64,000 nt of DNA, taken from NCBI GenBank assembly GCA_021325135.1, contig JAJPHT010000029.1, positions 168,144 to 232,143 on the forward strand, written 5' to 3'. Positions 30,795-40,774 of the stretch are shown here, piece by piece. Position numbers and translations under genes: made by a program. The first letter of the stretch is position 1; each line of letters starts with the position of its first letter. A model generated the notes under the pieces. The model did no database searches and was not told the DNA's origin. It saw nothing but the letters and a program-made list of their open reading frames with translations. The stretch is from Pseudomonadota bacterium. GTDB lineage: Archaea > Thermoplasmatota > SW-10-69-26 > JACQPN01 > JAJPHT01.

Positions 30795-33365
30795 GTGGAC
30801 GGCGATCCCCTCGCGCTCCTCCACCCGCCCCTCGCGCGGTGGTTCCGCGAGACGCTGGGCGCCCCCACCCCCGCCCAGGCGCAGGCCATCCCCGCCCTCG
30901 CGCGCGGCGAGCACGTCCTCGTCTCCAGCCCCACCGGCAGCGGCAAGACGCTGGCGGGCTTCCTCGTCCTTCTCAGCGACCTCGCGCGCCTCGCGCAGGA
31001 GGGCGCGCTGGAGCCGCGCCCCCACGCCGTGTACGTCTCGCCGCTGAAGGCCCTCGCGCACGACGTGGCGCGCAACCTCCAGCGCCCCCTGGAAGGCATG
31101 GCCGCGGAGCACGCGCGCCTGGGGCTTCCCGACCCGGGCATCCGCGTCGCGATCCGCACCGGCGACACGCCCCCCTCCGAGCGCGCCCGGCAGCTTCGCG
31201 CGCCGCCGCACGTCGTCGTCACGACCCCCGAGTCGCTGGCCCTTCTGCTATCGTCCGAAGGCTGGAGGCGCCACCTGCGGAGCGTGCGCTGGGTCGTCGT
31301 GGACGAGATCCACGACCTGGCGGCCTCCAAGCGCGGCGCGCACCTCTCGCTCCTGCTGGAGCGCCTCGACGCGCTGGCCTCGTCGCCGCCCGTCCGCGTA
31401 GGCCTTTCCGCCACGGCGTCGCCCCTGGACGAGGTGGCGCGCTTCCTGGCGGGCGGCCGCCCCGCGCGCGTCGTGGAGGTCCCGCCACAGGGCCCCATGG
31501 AGATCGCCCTCGAGCTTGCGATGGAGGACCCGGTGCGGGCGCGCTTCGACCAGGTGGAGGCCGCGCTGGTGGAGCGCATCCGCGGCATCGTCGAGGCGCA
31601 CCGCACGACGCTGGTCTTCGTCAACACGCGCCAGCGCGCCGAGTCGCTGGCGCTCAAGCTCCACGCCGCCATGGGAGACGCCGAGGCGCCCAGCGAGGCG
31701 AGCGCGGACCCCGAGTTCCCCGACGAGGAGCCGGCGCCCTCCGTCGCGACGCACCACGGCAGCATGAGCCGCGAGGCGCGCCTCGTGGTGGAGGAGCGCC
31801 TGAAGCGCCAGCAGGTTCGCTGCGTCGTCGCCAGCAGCAGCCTGGAGCTGGGCATCGACGTCGCGGGCGTCGACCACGTCGTGCTGCTGGGCAGCCCCAA
31901 GGGCGTCGCGCGCACGCTCCAGCGGGTGGGCCGCAGCGGCCACTTCGTGGGGGGCGTGCCGCGCGCCACGCTCCTGCTGCGCGACCCCGCCGACGTGCCC
32001 GAGGCCGTCGCGCTGCGCGCCCTCGCGCTGGCCCGCGCCCCCGAGCCGCTCTCCCTCCCCGATGCGCCCCTGGACGTGCTCTCCCAGCACGTCGCGGCCG
32101 TCGCGCTGGAGGGCCCGCAGCGCGTGGACGACGCGTGGGCCCTCGCGCGCCGCTCGTGGTGCTATCGAAACGTCTCCCGGGACGAGTTCGCGCGCCTCGT
32201 CGCCCGGCAGCCGTGGGTCCGCCTTGAGGGCGACGCCTTCCACGCCCGCCGCGGCGCGCGCCAGGTCGTGCTCACGCACACGGGGACGATCCCGGACGCG
32301 GGCCGCGTGCGCGTGCTGGAGGAGGGGCGCTTCGTGGGCGAGGTCGAGGAGGCGTTCGTCGAGACGCTGGAGCCCGGCGACGTCTTCCGCCTGGGCGGCT
32401 CCACCTGGCGCGCGCTGCGCGCCGCGGGCATGGCGCTCCACGTCGAGGCCGCCCGCGGGAAGGACGCCACCGTGCCCGACTGGCGCGGCGAGGGGCTTGG
32501 CATGACGCCCCTCCTGGCCCGCGCCACGCGCGACCTCCTCCAGACGCCAGAAGCCATTCAAAATCATCTAAAGAACGATTCTTCCGTGACTCAGAATGGC
32601 TTCCAGCGTTGGAGCGCCCAGCCGGGATTCGACGCCCAGGAGGGCGACGTGGAGGCCTTCCTGGACGACGACGGGCGCCGCGCGCTGGTGGTCCACCTGG
32701 TGGCGGGCCGGCGCGTGAACGAGGCGCTGGCCCGCGCGCTGGCCGCCCGCCTGGAGCTGCGCCTTGTGGAGCGCGTCGACGCGCAGGCCAGCGACCTGGG
32801 CTTCGCGCTCCTCGCGCCGCGCCGCTGGAAGCCGACACCGCGCGCGCTGGCCGACCTGCTGCGCGACCCCCTGGAGCCCTCGCTGCGCGCCGCGCTGGCG
32901 GGCTCCGAGCTTCTGCGGCGCCGCTTCCGCCACGTCGCGACGCGCATGCTCCTCGTCCTGCGCCGCGAGGGCGTCCCCCTGGGCCAGCGGCAGCGCGAGG
33001 CCAACGGCCTGCTGGCGCGCCTCCAGGAGGAGGAGCCCGACCACCCGGCCCCGGTGGAGGCGTGGCGCGAGACGCTGCGCCACGCGCTGGACCTTGACGG
33101 CGCCGAGCGGGCGCGCGAAGGGCTCGCGGCGCGGCTCTCCTGGGTGCCCGAAGGCCCCGCGAGCCCGCGCGCCATCCGCGTGCTCGCGCAGATGACCGAC
33201 CCCGAAGGGCACGCGCGCATCCGCGACGCGGAGGAGACGGCGCGCGCGTTTCCGAGAGAAGGAGGCAAGGGCGTCCCGCGGCGGTTTGGGGAGGCTGTGG
33301 AAAATGGACCGCAGGACGCCTCGCGCCCGGAGGGCGCGACCTCGATCGACCCTACGTCCTCCTGA
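30795..33365 (+). CDS. lhr: Lhr-family ATP-dependent helicase
   Basis: SPTGSGKT, YVSPLKAL, RTGDT, TTPESL, DEIH, LSAT, HHGS, SSLELGID, QRVGRSGH. Confidence 0.92.
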   Translation: MDGDPLALLHPPLARWFRETLGAPTPAQAQAIPALARGEHVLVSSPTGSGKTLAGFLVLLSDLARLAQEGALEPRPHAVYVSPLKALAHDVARNLQRPLEGMAAEHARLGLPDPGIRVAIRTGDTPPSERARQLRAPPHVVVTTPESLALLLSSEGWRRHLRSVRWVVVDEIHDLAASKRGAHLSLLLERLDALASSPPVRVGLSATASPLDEVARFLAGGRPARVVEVPPQGPMEIALELAMEDPVRARFDQVEAALVERIRGIVEAHRTTLVFVNTRQRAESLALKLHAAMGDAEAPSEASADPEFPDEEPAPSVATHHGSMSREARLVVEERLKRQQVRCVVASSSLELGIDVAGVDHVVLLGSPKGVARTLQRVGRSGHFVGGVPRATLLLRDPADVPEAVALRALALARAPEPLSLPDAPLDVLSQHVAAVALEGPQRVDDAWALARRSWCYRNVSRDEFARLVARQPWVRLEGDAFHARRGARQVVLTHTGTIPDAGRVRVLEEGRFVGEVEEAFVETLEPGDVFRLGGSTWRALRAAGMALHVEAARGKDATVPDWRGEGLGMTPLLARATRDLLQTPEAIQNHLKNDSSVTQNGFQRWSAQPGFDAQEGDVEAFLDDDGRRALVVHLVAGRRVNEALARALAARLELRLVERVDAQASDLGFALLAPRRWKPTPRALADLLRDPLEPSLRAALAGSELLRRRFRHVATRMLLVLRREGVPLGQRQREANGLLARLQEEEPDHPAPVEAWRETLRHALDLDGAERAREGLAARLSWVPEGPASPRAIRVLAQMTDPEGHARIRDAEETARAFPREGGKGVPRRFGEAVENGPQDASRPEGATSIDPTSS
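32538..32614. repeat. AT-rich palindromic segment in frame within lhr
   Basis: GAAGCCATTC (32550-32559) and GAATGGCTTC (32594-32603) with imperfect outer arms. Confidence 0.65.
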
Positions 33366-33447
33366 GGATAAACCTTCGCGGCGGGAGGCCTCGCAGGCAA
33401 GCGCGACGCGTCGGGACCTTTAAGGGGCGGAGGCCGTACCCGATTTC

Positions 33448-33759
33448 GTGCAGGCCGAAGGCCACCCCTTCCGGATGCGGGTCCACCGCCAGGGGCGCGA
33501 GGTGCTCGTGGCGGTGAGCGACGCGACACTCGTGGGGAAGGAGTTCCGCGAGGGCAACATGCGCCTCCTCGTGAGCGAGCACTTCTACGGCACGGAGCAC
33601 GCCGACGCCATGGAGGTGCTCCGCCAGCTGGCCGGCTGCACCATCGCCAACCTCGTGGGCGTCGGCGCCGTGACGCTGGCGATCCAGCACGGCTACGTGG
33701 ACCCGGAGAACGTGCTGGACATCGACGGCGTGCCCCACGCCCAGATGTGCACAGCGTGA
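33448..33759 (+). CDS. DUF424 family protein
   Basis: VLVAVSD..LVGK.F.EG...VSEHFYG...TIANLVG...GVPHAQ. Confidence 0.88.
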   Translation: MQAEGHPFRMRVHRQGREVLVAVSDATLVGKEFREGNMRLLVSEHFYGTEHADAMEVLRQLAGCTIANLVGVGAVTLAIQHGYVDPENVLDIDGVPHAQMCTA

Positions 33760-33837
33760 TAGCAGCTATCAAAAAGAAACGATAGCAAAATGAAAAGATA
33801 GCAAATCAAACTCGATATCAGATATCAAACGGTCGTT

Positions 33838-34884
33838 ATGTTCTGCGTCGTCTGCGGGAAGGAGAAGCCCATGGAGGAGCTGCGCGGAGGCGTCTGCGCG
33901 GCGTGCTACCTCGAGAAGAACGTCCTCGCCTCCGTGCGCGAGAACGTCGACCTGGAGGTGTGCGTCCACTGCCACGCCCGCAAGCGCGGCGAGGTCTGGG
34001 TGGAGGGGCACGGCGGCATGGAGCCCATCGTGGAGGACGCCGTGCGCGAGGCCGTCCAGTGGGCCAAGGTCGTCGAGCGCCCCCGCGCGCAGATCGAGAT
34101 CGTGCCCGAGGACGAGCGCAACTTCACCGTCCACGTGCGCGCCACCGGCGTCGCGGAGGGCGTCCCCTTCGACTCCGCGCTCAGGACGCGCGCCCGCGTC
34201 AAGAACGGCACCTGCCTGCGATGCAGCCGCGTCCAGGGGGGCTACTACGAGGCCATCGTGCAGATCCGCCGCACGAAGCGCGCCATCGGCAAGGAGGAGA
34301 TGCGCGCGCTCAAGTCGCTGGCCAGCCGCTTCATCGAGCGCGTCGTGAGCGAGGGCGACCGCAACGCGTTCGTGCTGCGCGACGAGGAGGTGGACCGCGG
34401 CCTGGACGTCTACATGGGCACGACCAACTCGGGCCGCATGCTCGCCAAGCAGATCGCGCAGGAGTTCGGCGGCAAGACCACCGAGCACGCCAAGACCGTG
34501 GGCCAGAAGGACGGCCTCGACCTCGTGCGCATGACCTTCGCCGTCCGCCTCCCCGAGTACCAGGCCGGCGACGTCGTCGTGGTCAAGGAGGAGCCCGCGC
34601 AGATCACCAGCGTCGGCGCCAAGACCGTGCAGGCCCTCGACCTGCGCACCGGCCGCCTGAAGCACATCGACCGCGACGCGGTGGACAAGGCCCTCGTGCT
34701 GCGCCGCGAGGACGCCCTGGACGCCGTCGTCGTCGCGGACCTGGGCGCCGAGCTTCAGCTCCTCGACCCCGTCACCTACGCCACCGTCAACGTGATCCGC
34801 CCCGAGGGGACGGACTCCGTGGGCGAGACGGTGAAGGTGCTGCGCCACGAGGGCGAGCTTCTCGTGCTGAGGCCGACGCGCTGA
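33838..34884 (+). CDS. nmd3: NMD3 family ribosome-associated protein
   Basis: FCVVCG, CAAC, CVHC, CLRCSR..GGYYEAIVQIR; C-terminal eIF5A-like region. Confidence 0.92.
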   Translation: MFCVVCGKEKPMEELRGGVCAACYLEKNVLASVRENVDLEVCVHCHARKRGEVWVEGHGGMEPIVEDAVREAVQWAKVVERPRAQIEIVPEDERNFTVHVRATGVAEGVPFDSALRTRARVKNGTCLRCSRVQGGYYEAIVQIRRTKRAIGKEEMRALKSLASRFIERVVSEGDRNAFVLRDEEVDRGLDVYMGTTNSGRMLAKQIAQEFGGKTTEHAKTVGQKDGLDLVRMTFAVRLPEYQAGDVVVVKEEPAQITSVGAKTVQALDLRTGRLKHIDRDAVDKALVLRREDALDAVVVADLGAELQLLDPVTYATVNVIRPEGTDSVGETVKVLRHEGELLVLRPTR

Positions 34885-34936
34885 GCGCACGCCCGTGCAC
34901 GGGCGTGCACGGGTGCGCCCGGGCGTGCACGCCCGG
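34885..34936. repeat. 10-bp periodic palindromic repeat between convergent genes
   Basis: GCCCGTGCAC GGGCGTGCAC GGGTGCGCCC GGGCGTGCAC. Confidence 0.7.
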
Positions 34937-34957
34937 CCCCGCCCGTCTCCGCCCGCC

Positions 34958-35680
34958 CTACCCCTCCCGCAGCGCCTTCGCCAGCCGCTCGACGATCCAC
35001 GCGTTCGCGGCCTTGCCCAGCGCTTCGGACGCGAGCGTGGGGTCGCCCATGACGCCCTCGGGAAAGTGGCGCTCCGCGTGGGCCTCCACGAGGAAGTCCG
35101 GGAACTCGACGCGGTGCGTGCGGCCGCGGCCGTGCACGAGGTCGGGCCGGATGGCCAGCAGGCGCGAGGTCTCCAGCGCCCCGGCGTGGCCGTCCCAGCG
35201 CGGGACGTCGACGCCGGCCGCGGCGCGCGCGTCGAAGTCGTCCAGCAGCTCGTAGTCCGAGAGGACCCAGACGCGCATCGCGGGGTCCGTCTCCAGGTGC
35301 TCCTCGGCGGCGAGCTTGAGCGCGCGCATGTGCGCGCCCCCCGCGTGCCCGCTCACGAATGCGACCCGCTTGATGCCGTGGCGTTGGCAGTCCGCGAGGA
35401 TGTCCCGCGCGATGGCGCGCAGCGTGTCGAAGCGGAGGCTGAAGCTGCCGGGGAAGTTCCGGGTGGAGGAGCAGTTCCCGTAGGCGAGGAGCGGCGCCAC
35501 GAGCGCGCCCACGCGCTCGGCCACGAGGTCGCACGTGTGCTGCGCCTGGATGCTGTCCGCGTCCAGGGGCAGGTGCGGGCCGTGTTCCTCCACGATGCCC
35601 ACGGGCACGAGGAGCGGGGGCTTGGGGGCGAGGGCGGCGAACGCGGGGCTCGTCAGGTCGCCCAGGCGCACGGGAGGCAT
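34958..35680 (-). CDS. Creatininase/creatinine amidohydrolase family protein
   Basis: PVG..EEHGPHLPLDAD, SGHAG, HAGALETS, GVMGDP. Confidence 0.9.
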   Translation of the reverse strand: MPPVRLGDLTSPAFAALAPKPPLLVPVGIVEEHGPHLPLDADSIQAQHTCDLVAERVGALVAPLLAYGNCSSTRNFPGSFSLRFDTLRAIARDILADCQRHGIKRVAFVSGHAGGAHMRALKLAAEEHLETDPAMRVWVLSDYELLDDFDARAAAGVDVPRWDGHAGALETSRLLAIRPDLVHGRGRTHRVEFPDFLVEAHAERHFPEGVMGDPTLASEALGKAANAWIVERLAKALREG

Positions 35681-35738
35681 GGGGGCGCACTCCCGCGGGC
35701 GCGCAAACCCTTTGTGGCCCCCGCGCGCTGGCCGCGCC

Positions 35739-36281
35739 GTGGAGCGGCGCGACGTCGTCATCGTGCTCATCGGCGCCCTGCTGGTCGCGGGCGCCACGGC
35801 CTACGCGGCGGTGGGCGGAGCGCCGGCGCCCGCGACGACGCGGGCGATCGTCCCGGCGAGCGTGACCCTGCCCCCGCCCTTCCCCGGGCCGCCCCAGGCC
35901 GTGCCCACCGGGTACAGCGCTTCGCCCTCGATGTCGGTCCCCGCCAACGCCAGCGCGCTGCACCTGCGCGTCTGGATCAACGCCACGCCCGCGATGGCGC
36001 CCGGCGCGTCGGCGCGCCTGGAGGCCCTCGCGCCCAACGGCACGCGGTACGAGACGGAGGCCACCGCGCAGCAGGGGGACCCGGGCCTCGCGCTCGCCCT
36101 TGATATCGCGGTGGCGACGCCCGCGCTCGACGTCTCGGTCCCCGCGGGCTCGTGGAACCTGAGCCTCGCCTTCTCGCCCGGCCTCGCCCCGGCCCCCGCG
36201 GGCACGCCCTACGCGCTGGAGAGCCGCGCGGCCGCGGAGGTCTGGACCGTGGTCGAGGTCCCGGCGCCCTCGGGCAAGTAG
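35739..36281 (+). CDS. Hypothetical membrane-anchored protein
   Basis: N-terminal TM helix; N-x-S/T sequons. Confidence 0.6.
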   Translation: MERRDVVIVLIGALLVAGATAYAAVGGAPAPATTRAIVPASVTLPPPFPGPPQAVPTGYSASPSMSVPANASALHLRVWINATPAMAPGASARLEALAPNGTRYETEATAQQGDPGLALALDIAVATPALDVSVPAGSWNLSLAFSPGLAPAPAGTPYALESRAAAEVWTVVEVPAPSGK

Positions 36282-36326
36282 GACCGCTGGGGAAACCCTA
36301 AGAACCCCCGCCCCGCTGCGCGCAGC

Positions 36327-36815
36327 ATGGCCCAGCCTCCGAAGGTCGCCATCATCATGGGCAGCAAGTCGGACTGGGAGACGATGCGCGCCGCGGCCGA
36401 GACGCTGGAGCAGCTTGGCGTGCCCTACGAGCGGCGCGTCGTGAGCGCGCACCGCACGCCCGACCTCCTCTTCGAGTTCGTGGCGGGCTGCGAGGCGCGC
36501 GGCATCCAGGTGATCATCGCCGGCGCCGGCGGCGCGGCGCACCTGCCCGGCATGGCGGCGAGCAAGACGACGCTGCCCGTCTTCGGCGTCCCCGTGCAGA
36601 GCAAGGCGCTCAACGGCATGGACTCGCTCCTCTCCATCGTGCAGATGCCCAAGGGCGTCCCGGTGGGCACGCTGGCCATCGGCACGGCGGGCGCGGCCAA
36701 CGCGGCGCTCCTCGCGGCGCAGGTGCTCGCCCTCCAGGACGCGAAGCTCCGCGAGTCGCTCAAGGCCCTGCGCGCCGCGGAGCGCGACCGCGTGCTGGGG
36801 GAGAGGCTCGATTGA
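36327..36815 (+). CDS. purE: N5-CAIR mutase
   Basis: [39 protein letters not shown]. Confidence 0.97.
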   Translation: MAQPPKVAIIMGSKSDWETMRAAAETLEQLGVPYERRVVSAHRTPDLLFEFVAGCEARGIQVIIAGAGGAAHLPGMAASKTTLPVFGVPVQSKALNGMDSLLSIVQMPKGVPVGTLAIGTAGAANAALLAAQVLALQDAKLRESLKALRAAERDRVLGERLD

Positions 36816-37954
36816 GGCCCCTCCTCCCCGGCTCCACCGTGGGCGTCCTGGGCGGCGGCCAGCTTGGCCGCATGCTCGCCTTCGAGGCCCACCGGATGGG
36901 CTATCGCGTCGTCGTGCTCGACCCCGCCGAGGACGGCCCCGCGGGCCTCGTCGCGGATGATATCGTCGTCGGGAAGTGGACCGACGCCAAGGCGGCGCTG
37001 GAATTGGCCAAGCGAGCCGACGTCGTGACGCTGGAGACGGAGCACATCCCCTTCGAGGTGCTCGCCGAGCTGGAGAAGGCAGGCGTCGCGCTGCGCCCCG
37101 CGGCGGAGGTGCTGCGCGTCGTGCAGAACCGCCTTCGCCAGAAGCAGTTCCTCCACGAGAACGGCTTCCCCCAGCCCGCCTTCGCGCACGTGCACGACGC
37201 GGCGAGCCTCGCGGACGCCGTCTCCGTCATCGGCGCGCCCGCCGTCCTCAAGAGCCTCACCGGAGGCTACGACGGAAAGGGCCAGAGCCGCGCGCTCAGC
37301 GCGGAGGGCGCGGACGAGGCCTGGTCGCGCATCGGCCGCCAGCCGTGCATCTACGAGGCGTTCGTCCCCTTCCGCGCCGAGGTGAGCGTCGTGCTGGCCC
37401 GCGGAGCGGAGGGCGCCATCGCTTACTATCCCCTCGCCGAGAACGTGCACCGCCACGGCGTGCTGCACACGACGCGCGCGCCCGCCCGCGTGGACCTGGC
37501 GGTGGCGCGCGAGGCGCAGGAGATCGCCTCCGGCATCGCGACCGCGCTGGGCCACGTGGGCGTCATGGCCGTCGAGATGTTCCTCCTGGAGGACGACTCG
37601 CTCCTCGTCAACGAGATCGCGCCGCGCGTCCACAACTCGGGCCACTACACCTTCGGCGCGTGCGCCACCTCCCAGTTCGAGCAGCACCTCCGCGCCGTCT
37701 GCGGGCTCCCCCTGGGCGACCCCGCGCAGATGCGCCCCGCCGCCATGCTCAACCTCCTGGGCGACTCGTGGGCCCGCGGTGAGCCCGACTGGTCGGCCGT
37801 CTTCGCGACGCCCGGCGCCGCGCTGCATCTCTACGGCAAGGCCGACGCGCGCCCCGGCCGCAAGATGGGCCACGTCACCGTCACGGCGGAGAGCGCCGAC
37901 GAGGCCCTCGCGCGCTGCGAGGCGATCCACGCGCGGCTTCAGCCTCCGGGCTGA
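36812..37954 (+). CDS. purK: N5-CAIR synthetase
   Basis: [38 protein letters not shown]. Confidence 0.96.
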   Translation: MRPLLPGSTVGVLGGGQLGRMLAFEAHRMGYRVVVLDPAEDGPAGLVADDIVVGKWTDAKAALELAKRADVVTLETEHIPFEVLAELEKAGVALRPAAEVLRVVQNRLRQKQFLHENGFPQPAFAHVHDAASLADAVSVIGAPAVLKSLTGGYDGKGQSRALSAEGADEAWSRIGRQPCIYEAFVPFRAEVSVVLARGAEGAIAYYPLAENVHRHGVLHTTRAPARVDLAVAREAQEIASGIATALGHVGVMAVEMFLLEDDSLLVNEIAPRVHNSGHYTFGACATSQFEQHLRAVCGLPLGDPAQMRPAAMLNLLGDSWARGEPDWSAVFATPGAALHLYGKADARPGRKMGHVTVTAESADEALARCEAIHARLQPPG

Positions 37955-38015
37955 GCGTCGGCGCCAGGGTGCCGCGGCAGGCAACGTTAAGGCGGGCCGC
38001 GCGGGTGGCGACGCG

Positions 38016-39458
38016 ATGGCCGCCGGCCTGCGACGCGACCTGGGCCTCTGGTCCGCCGCCAGCGTCGTCGTGGGCAGCATGATCGGCGTGGGCATCTTCC
38101 TGGGCCCGCGCGTCGTCGCGCAGCAGCTCCCCACGCCCGCCCTCATGCTCCTCGCCTGGGCGCTGGGCGGCCTCTTCGTCCTCTGCGGCGCCATGACCTA
38201 CGCCGAGATGGGCGCCGCGTTCCCGCGCTCGGGCGGCTCGTACAACTTCATCCGCGAGGCCTACGGCCCGCTCCCCGCCTTCCTCAACGGCTGGAGCGGC
38301 GTCGCCATCGGCAAGGCCGCCAACGTCAGCGCGCTCGCGGTGGGCTTCGGCGAGACGCTATCGTTCCTCCTCTCCGCGCTGACCCCGCAGCACCTCGCCC
38401 TCACGCCCCTCGCCAAGGGCGCCTTGGCCGTCGCGCTCATCCTCGCCCTGGCGCTCGTCAACGTGCTGGGCGTGCGCCACGCGGGGCGCCTCAGCCTCGC
38501 GGCCGCCCTGGTCAAGATGGGCGCCCTCCTCCTCCTCGTGGTCGCGGGCCTCCTCGTCCTCGCGCCGCGCCTCCCCGCCCTCGCCGCGCAACCCGCCGCC
38601 ATCCCCGGCGCGAGCCTGGGCGGCGCGCTCTCCGCCTTCGGCCTCGCCCTCATCCCGATCTTCTTTGCCTACGACGGCTGGGAGAACAGCACGCAGGTCG
38701 CCGAGGAGGTGCGCGACCCCGCGCGCAACGTGCCGCGCAGCCTCGTCCTGGGCACGCTGGCCGTGCTGGCCGTCTACGTCGCCGCGAACCTCGTCTACCT
38801 CCTCGCCCTGGGCCCCGCCTCGGTGGGCGCCAGCACCGCCGCCGCGGGCCAGACCGCCAGCGTCATCGTCTCGGGCAACGCGGACGCCTCCGCCAGCGCC
38901 GCGGGCGCCATCGCGGCCGCGCTCGTGGGCGTCGCCATCGTCCTCTCCATCCTGGGCACCGTGAACAACATCGTCCTCACCGGCCCGCGCATCGCGTTCG
39001 CCATGAGCCGCGACGGCCTCTTCCCCGCCGGCATCGCGAAGCTCACACGCTGGGGCACGCCCGCGCGCGCCATCGCCCTCCAGTGCGCCATCAGCCTCGC
39101 CCTTGTCCTGATCCCGCCCGTGGGCGGCGCGCCCCTCTTCGACACGCTGCTCACCTACATCATCGTCGACTCGTTCATCTTCTACGCCCTCGCCACCAGC
39201 GCGGTCTTCGTCCTGCGCCGCAAGCATCCCGACCTCCCGCGCCCCTTCCGCGTGCCCCTCTACCCCTGGGTCCCGCTCCTTTTCGTCGTGGGCAGCGCCG
39301 CGTTCGTCCTCAACGCCTTCCTGCGCACGCCCCTGGAGGCCAGCGTCGGCGTGCTCATCGTCCTCGCGGGCCTCCCGCTCTACGCGCTCCTGCGCCGCGC
39401 CGCCAAGCCGCGCCTCGTGCGCGACGCGACCTACGAGGTCGTGGAGACGCCGAGGTAG
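38016..39458 (+). CDS. APC-family amino acid permease
   Basis: GSMIGVGIF, YAEMGAAFPRSGG, AYDGW, EEVRDP.RN.P, RPFRVPLYP. Confidence 0.92.
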   Translation: MAAGLRRDLGLWSAASVVVGSMIGVGIFLGPRVVAQQLPTPALMLLAWALGGLFVLCGAMTYAEMGAAFPRSGGSYNFIREAYGPLPAFLNGWSGVAIGKAANVSALAVGFGETLSFLLSALTPQHLALTPLAKGALAVALILALALVNVLGVRHAGRLSLAAALVKMGALLLLVVAGLLVLAPRLPALAAQPAAIPGASLGGALSAFGLALIPIFFAYDGWENSTQVAEEVRDPARNVPRSLVLGTLAVLAVYVAANLVYLLALGPASVGASTAAAGQTASVIVSGNADASASAAGAIAAALVGVAIVLSILGTVNNIVLTGPRIAFAMSRDGLFPAGIAKLTRWGTPARAIALQCAISLALVLIPPVGGAPLFDTLLTYIIVDSFIFYALATSAVFVLRRKHPDLPRPFRVPLYPWVPLLFVVGSAAFVLNAFLRTPLEASVGVLIVLAGLPLYALLRRAAKPRLVRDATYEVVETPR

Positions 39459-39526
39459 CGCCCTTGGGCCCACCGCTGCGATGGCAAGCATAGGCTTTAT
39501 TCTGGGTCAGACCTGACGGCCCCTTC

Positions 39527-39895
39527 GTGAGTGCACCCTCCGGCCCCTCCCGTCCCCCCGCCTATGGCAGCGCGCCCCGTGGGCCCCCGCCCCAGCGCCG
39601 CGGCTTCGAAGGGGACGAGCGGCGCGGCGGCGGCACGCCCCGCAAGCGCATGATGGCCCAGGGGCGCAAGGGCCACTTCATGCACGACGCCAAGGCGCTG
39701 CTCGCGCGCACGCAGGGCGGCATGGACGACCAGCACGTGCGCGCGTTCCTGGAGGGCCTCTTCGCCCGCGGCGCGCGCCACAGCACGGCCGACGCGCAGC
39801 AGTTCCTCGACGAGAAGCTCCAGGCCCAGACCATCACGCCGGAGCAGCGCCAGGGGCTTGGACGCCTCGTCGAGCAGTACTCGTTCTGGCGATAG
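39527..39895 (+). CDS. Conserved hypothetical protein
   Basis: TTTATT box about 30 nt upstream; helical C-terminal domain ending LVEQYSFWR. Confidence 0.7.
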   Translation: MSAPSGPSRPPAYGSAPRGPPPQRRGFEGDERRGGGTPRKRMMAQGRKGHFMHDAKALLARTQGGMDDQHVRAFLEGLFARGARHSTADAQQFLDEKLQAQTITPEQRQGLGRLVEQYSFWR

Positions 39896-39901
39896 GTCCG
39901 G

Positions 39902-40774
39902 CTAGATGGGCAGGACGTACTTCGTCGAGGGGCGCACGATGTCCCAGAAGACCATGCGGGGCTCCGAGCCGCCGGGAAGCACCGACGCCGACACGACGAA
40001 CTCCCGCTCCTGGGAGCCCCACCCGAGCCGCCACGGAAGATCGCGCACCAGGTCGACGTAGCGGCGCAGGAGAGACTCCGGAAGGGGCGCGTAGGCCTCC
40101 TGGTCAAGAAGGAGGGTCCGGTCGATCTTCCGCAGGTGCTCCTCTCCCGCGCCCGCCAAATCGCCTGGAGACAGAGGAGCCCCCGTGGTGAGGCTCCGGC
40201 CGATCTTCTCCAGCCGCAGCCGCTTCGAGATGGCGTAGTCCTCAGGCGTGACCAAGTGGCGGCTCAGCACGGCGGGAAGGACTCGGTCGGCGTAGCAGAG
40301 CAGGCGGATGCGCTCGTGAGGCGTCACGTCTCCACGGTTGATGTCGCTCACGTCGAAGCCGGGGCCCACGATCTCCAGGATCGCCTCCGCCTTGCCGTTG
40401 GGGAGAAGGAGGTTGATGCCGTACAGGTTTTCATGGCGGTCCGAAGGCTCCAGGAGGGAGACGATGCGGCCCATGGCGAGAATCTCCGGGACCCTGGCAT
40501 CGACTTCGCGCGCCTCGATCTGGAAACCCCCCCGCATGTACGAGCCCCGCTCCTCGCTGGAGTCCGTGCGCACGAGGACCTTCTTCCACCCCTTCTGCCG
40601 GATGGCCTCTCCAAGCCACGAGGCGATCCCTTCGCTCCAGCGGGTCACGACGAAACCCTCTCTTGCAGGCAGGCCCAGCCGCCACGTCTCGTACGTGGAC
40701 GCTGTCTTGGCGTAGGCCCTTAGGGGCGCGGGGGTCGCCTCGGCTCCAAGCACGAACGCGCCCTCCGGGATCAC
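39902..40774 (-). CDS. Hypothetical protein with a PPDK/PEP-synthase nucleotide-binding (ATP-grasp)-like N-terminus
   Basis: AKTAS...LGLP..EGFVVT and VLVRTDSSEE resemble GKxANL...GLPVPxGFVVT and VAVRSS..ED; GGAGG SD and GTGA overlap; family call is tentative. Confidence 0.6.
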   Translation of the reverse strand: MIPEGAFVLGAEATPAPLRAYAKTASTYETWRLGLPAREGFVVTRWSEGIASWLGEAIRQKGWKKVLVRTDSSEERGSYMRGGFQIEAREVDARVPEILAMGRIVSLLEPSDRHENLYGINLLLPNGKAEAILEIVGPGFDVSDINRGDVTPHERIRLLCYADRVLPAVLSRHLVTPEDYAISKRLRLEKIGRSLTTGAPLSPGDLAGAGEEHLRKIDRTLLLDQEAYAPLPESLLRRYVDLVRDLPWRLGWGSQEREFVVSASVLPGGSEPRMVFWDIVRPSTKYVLPI

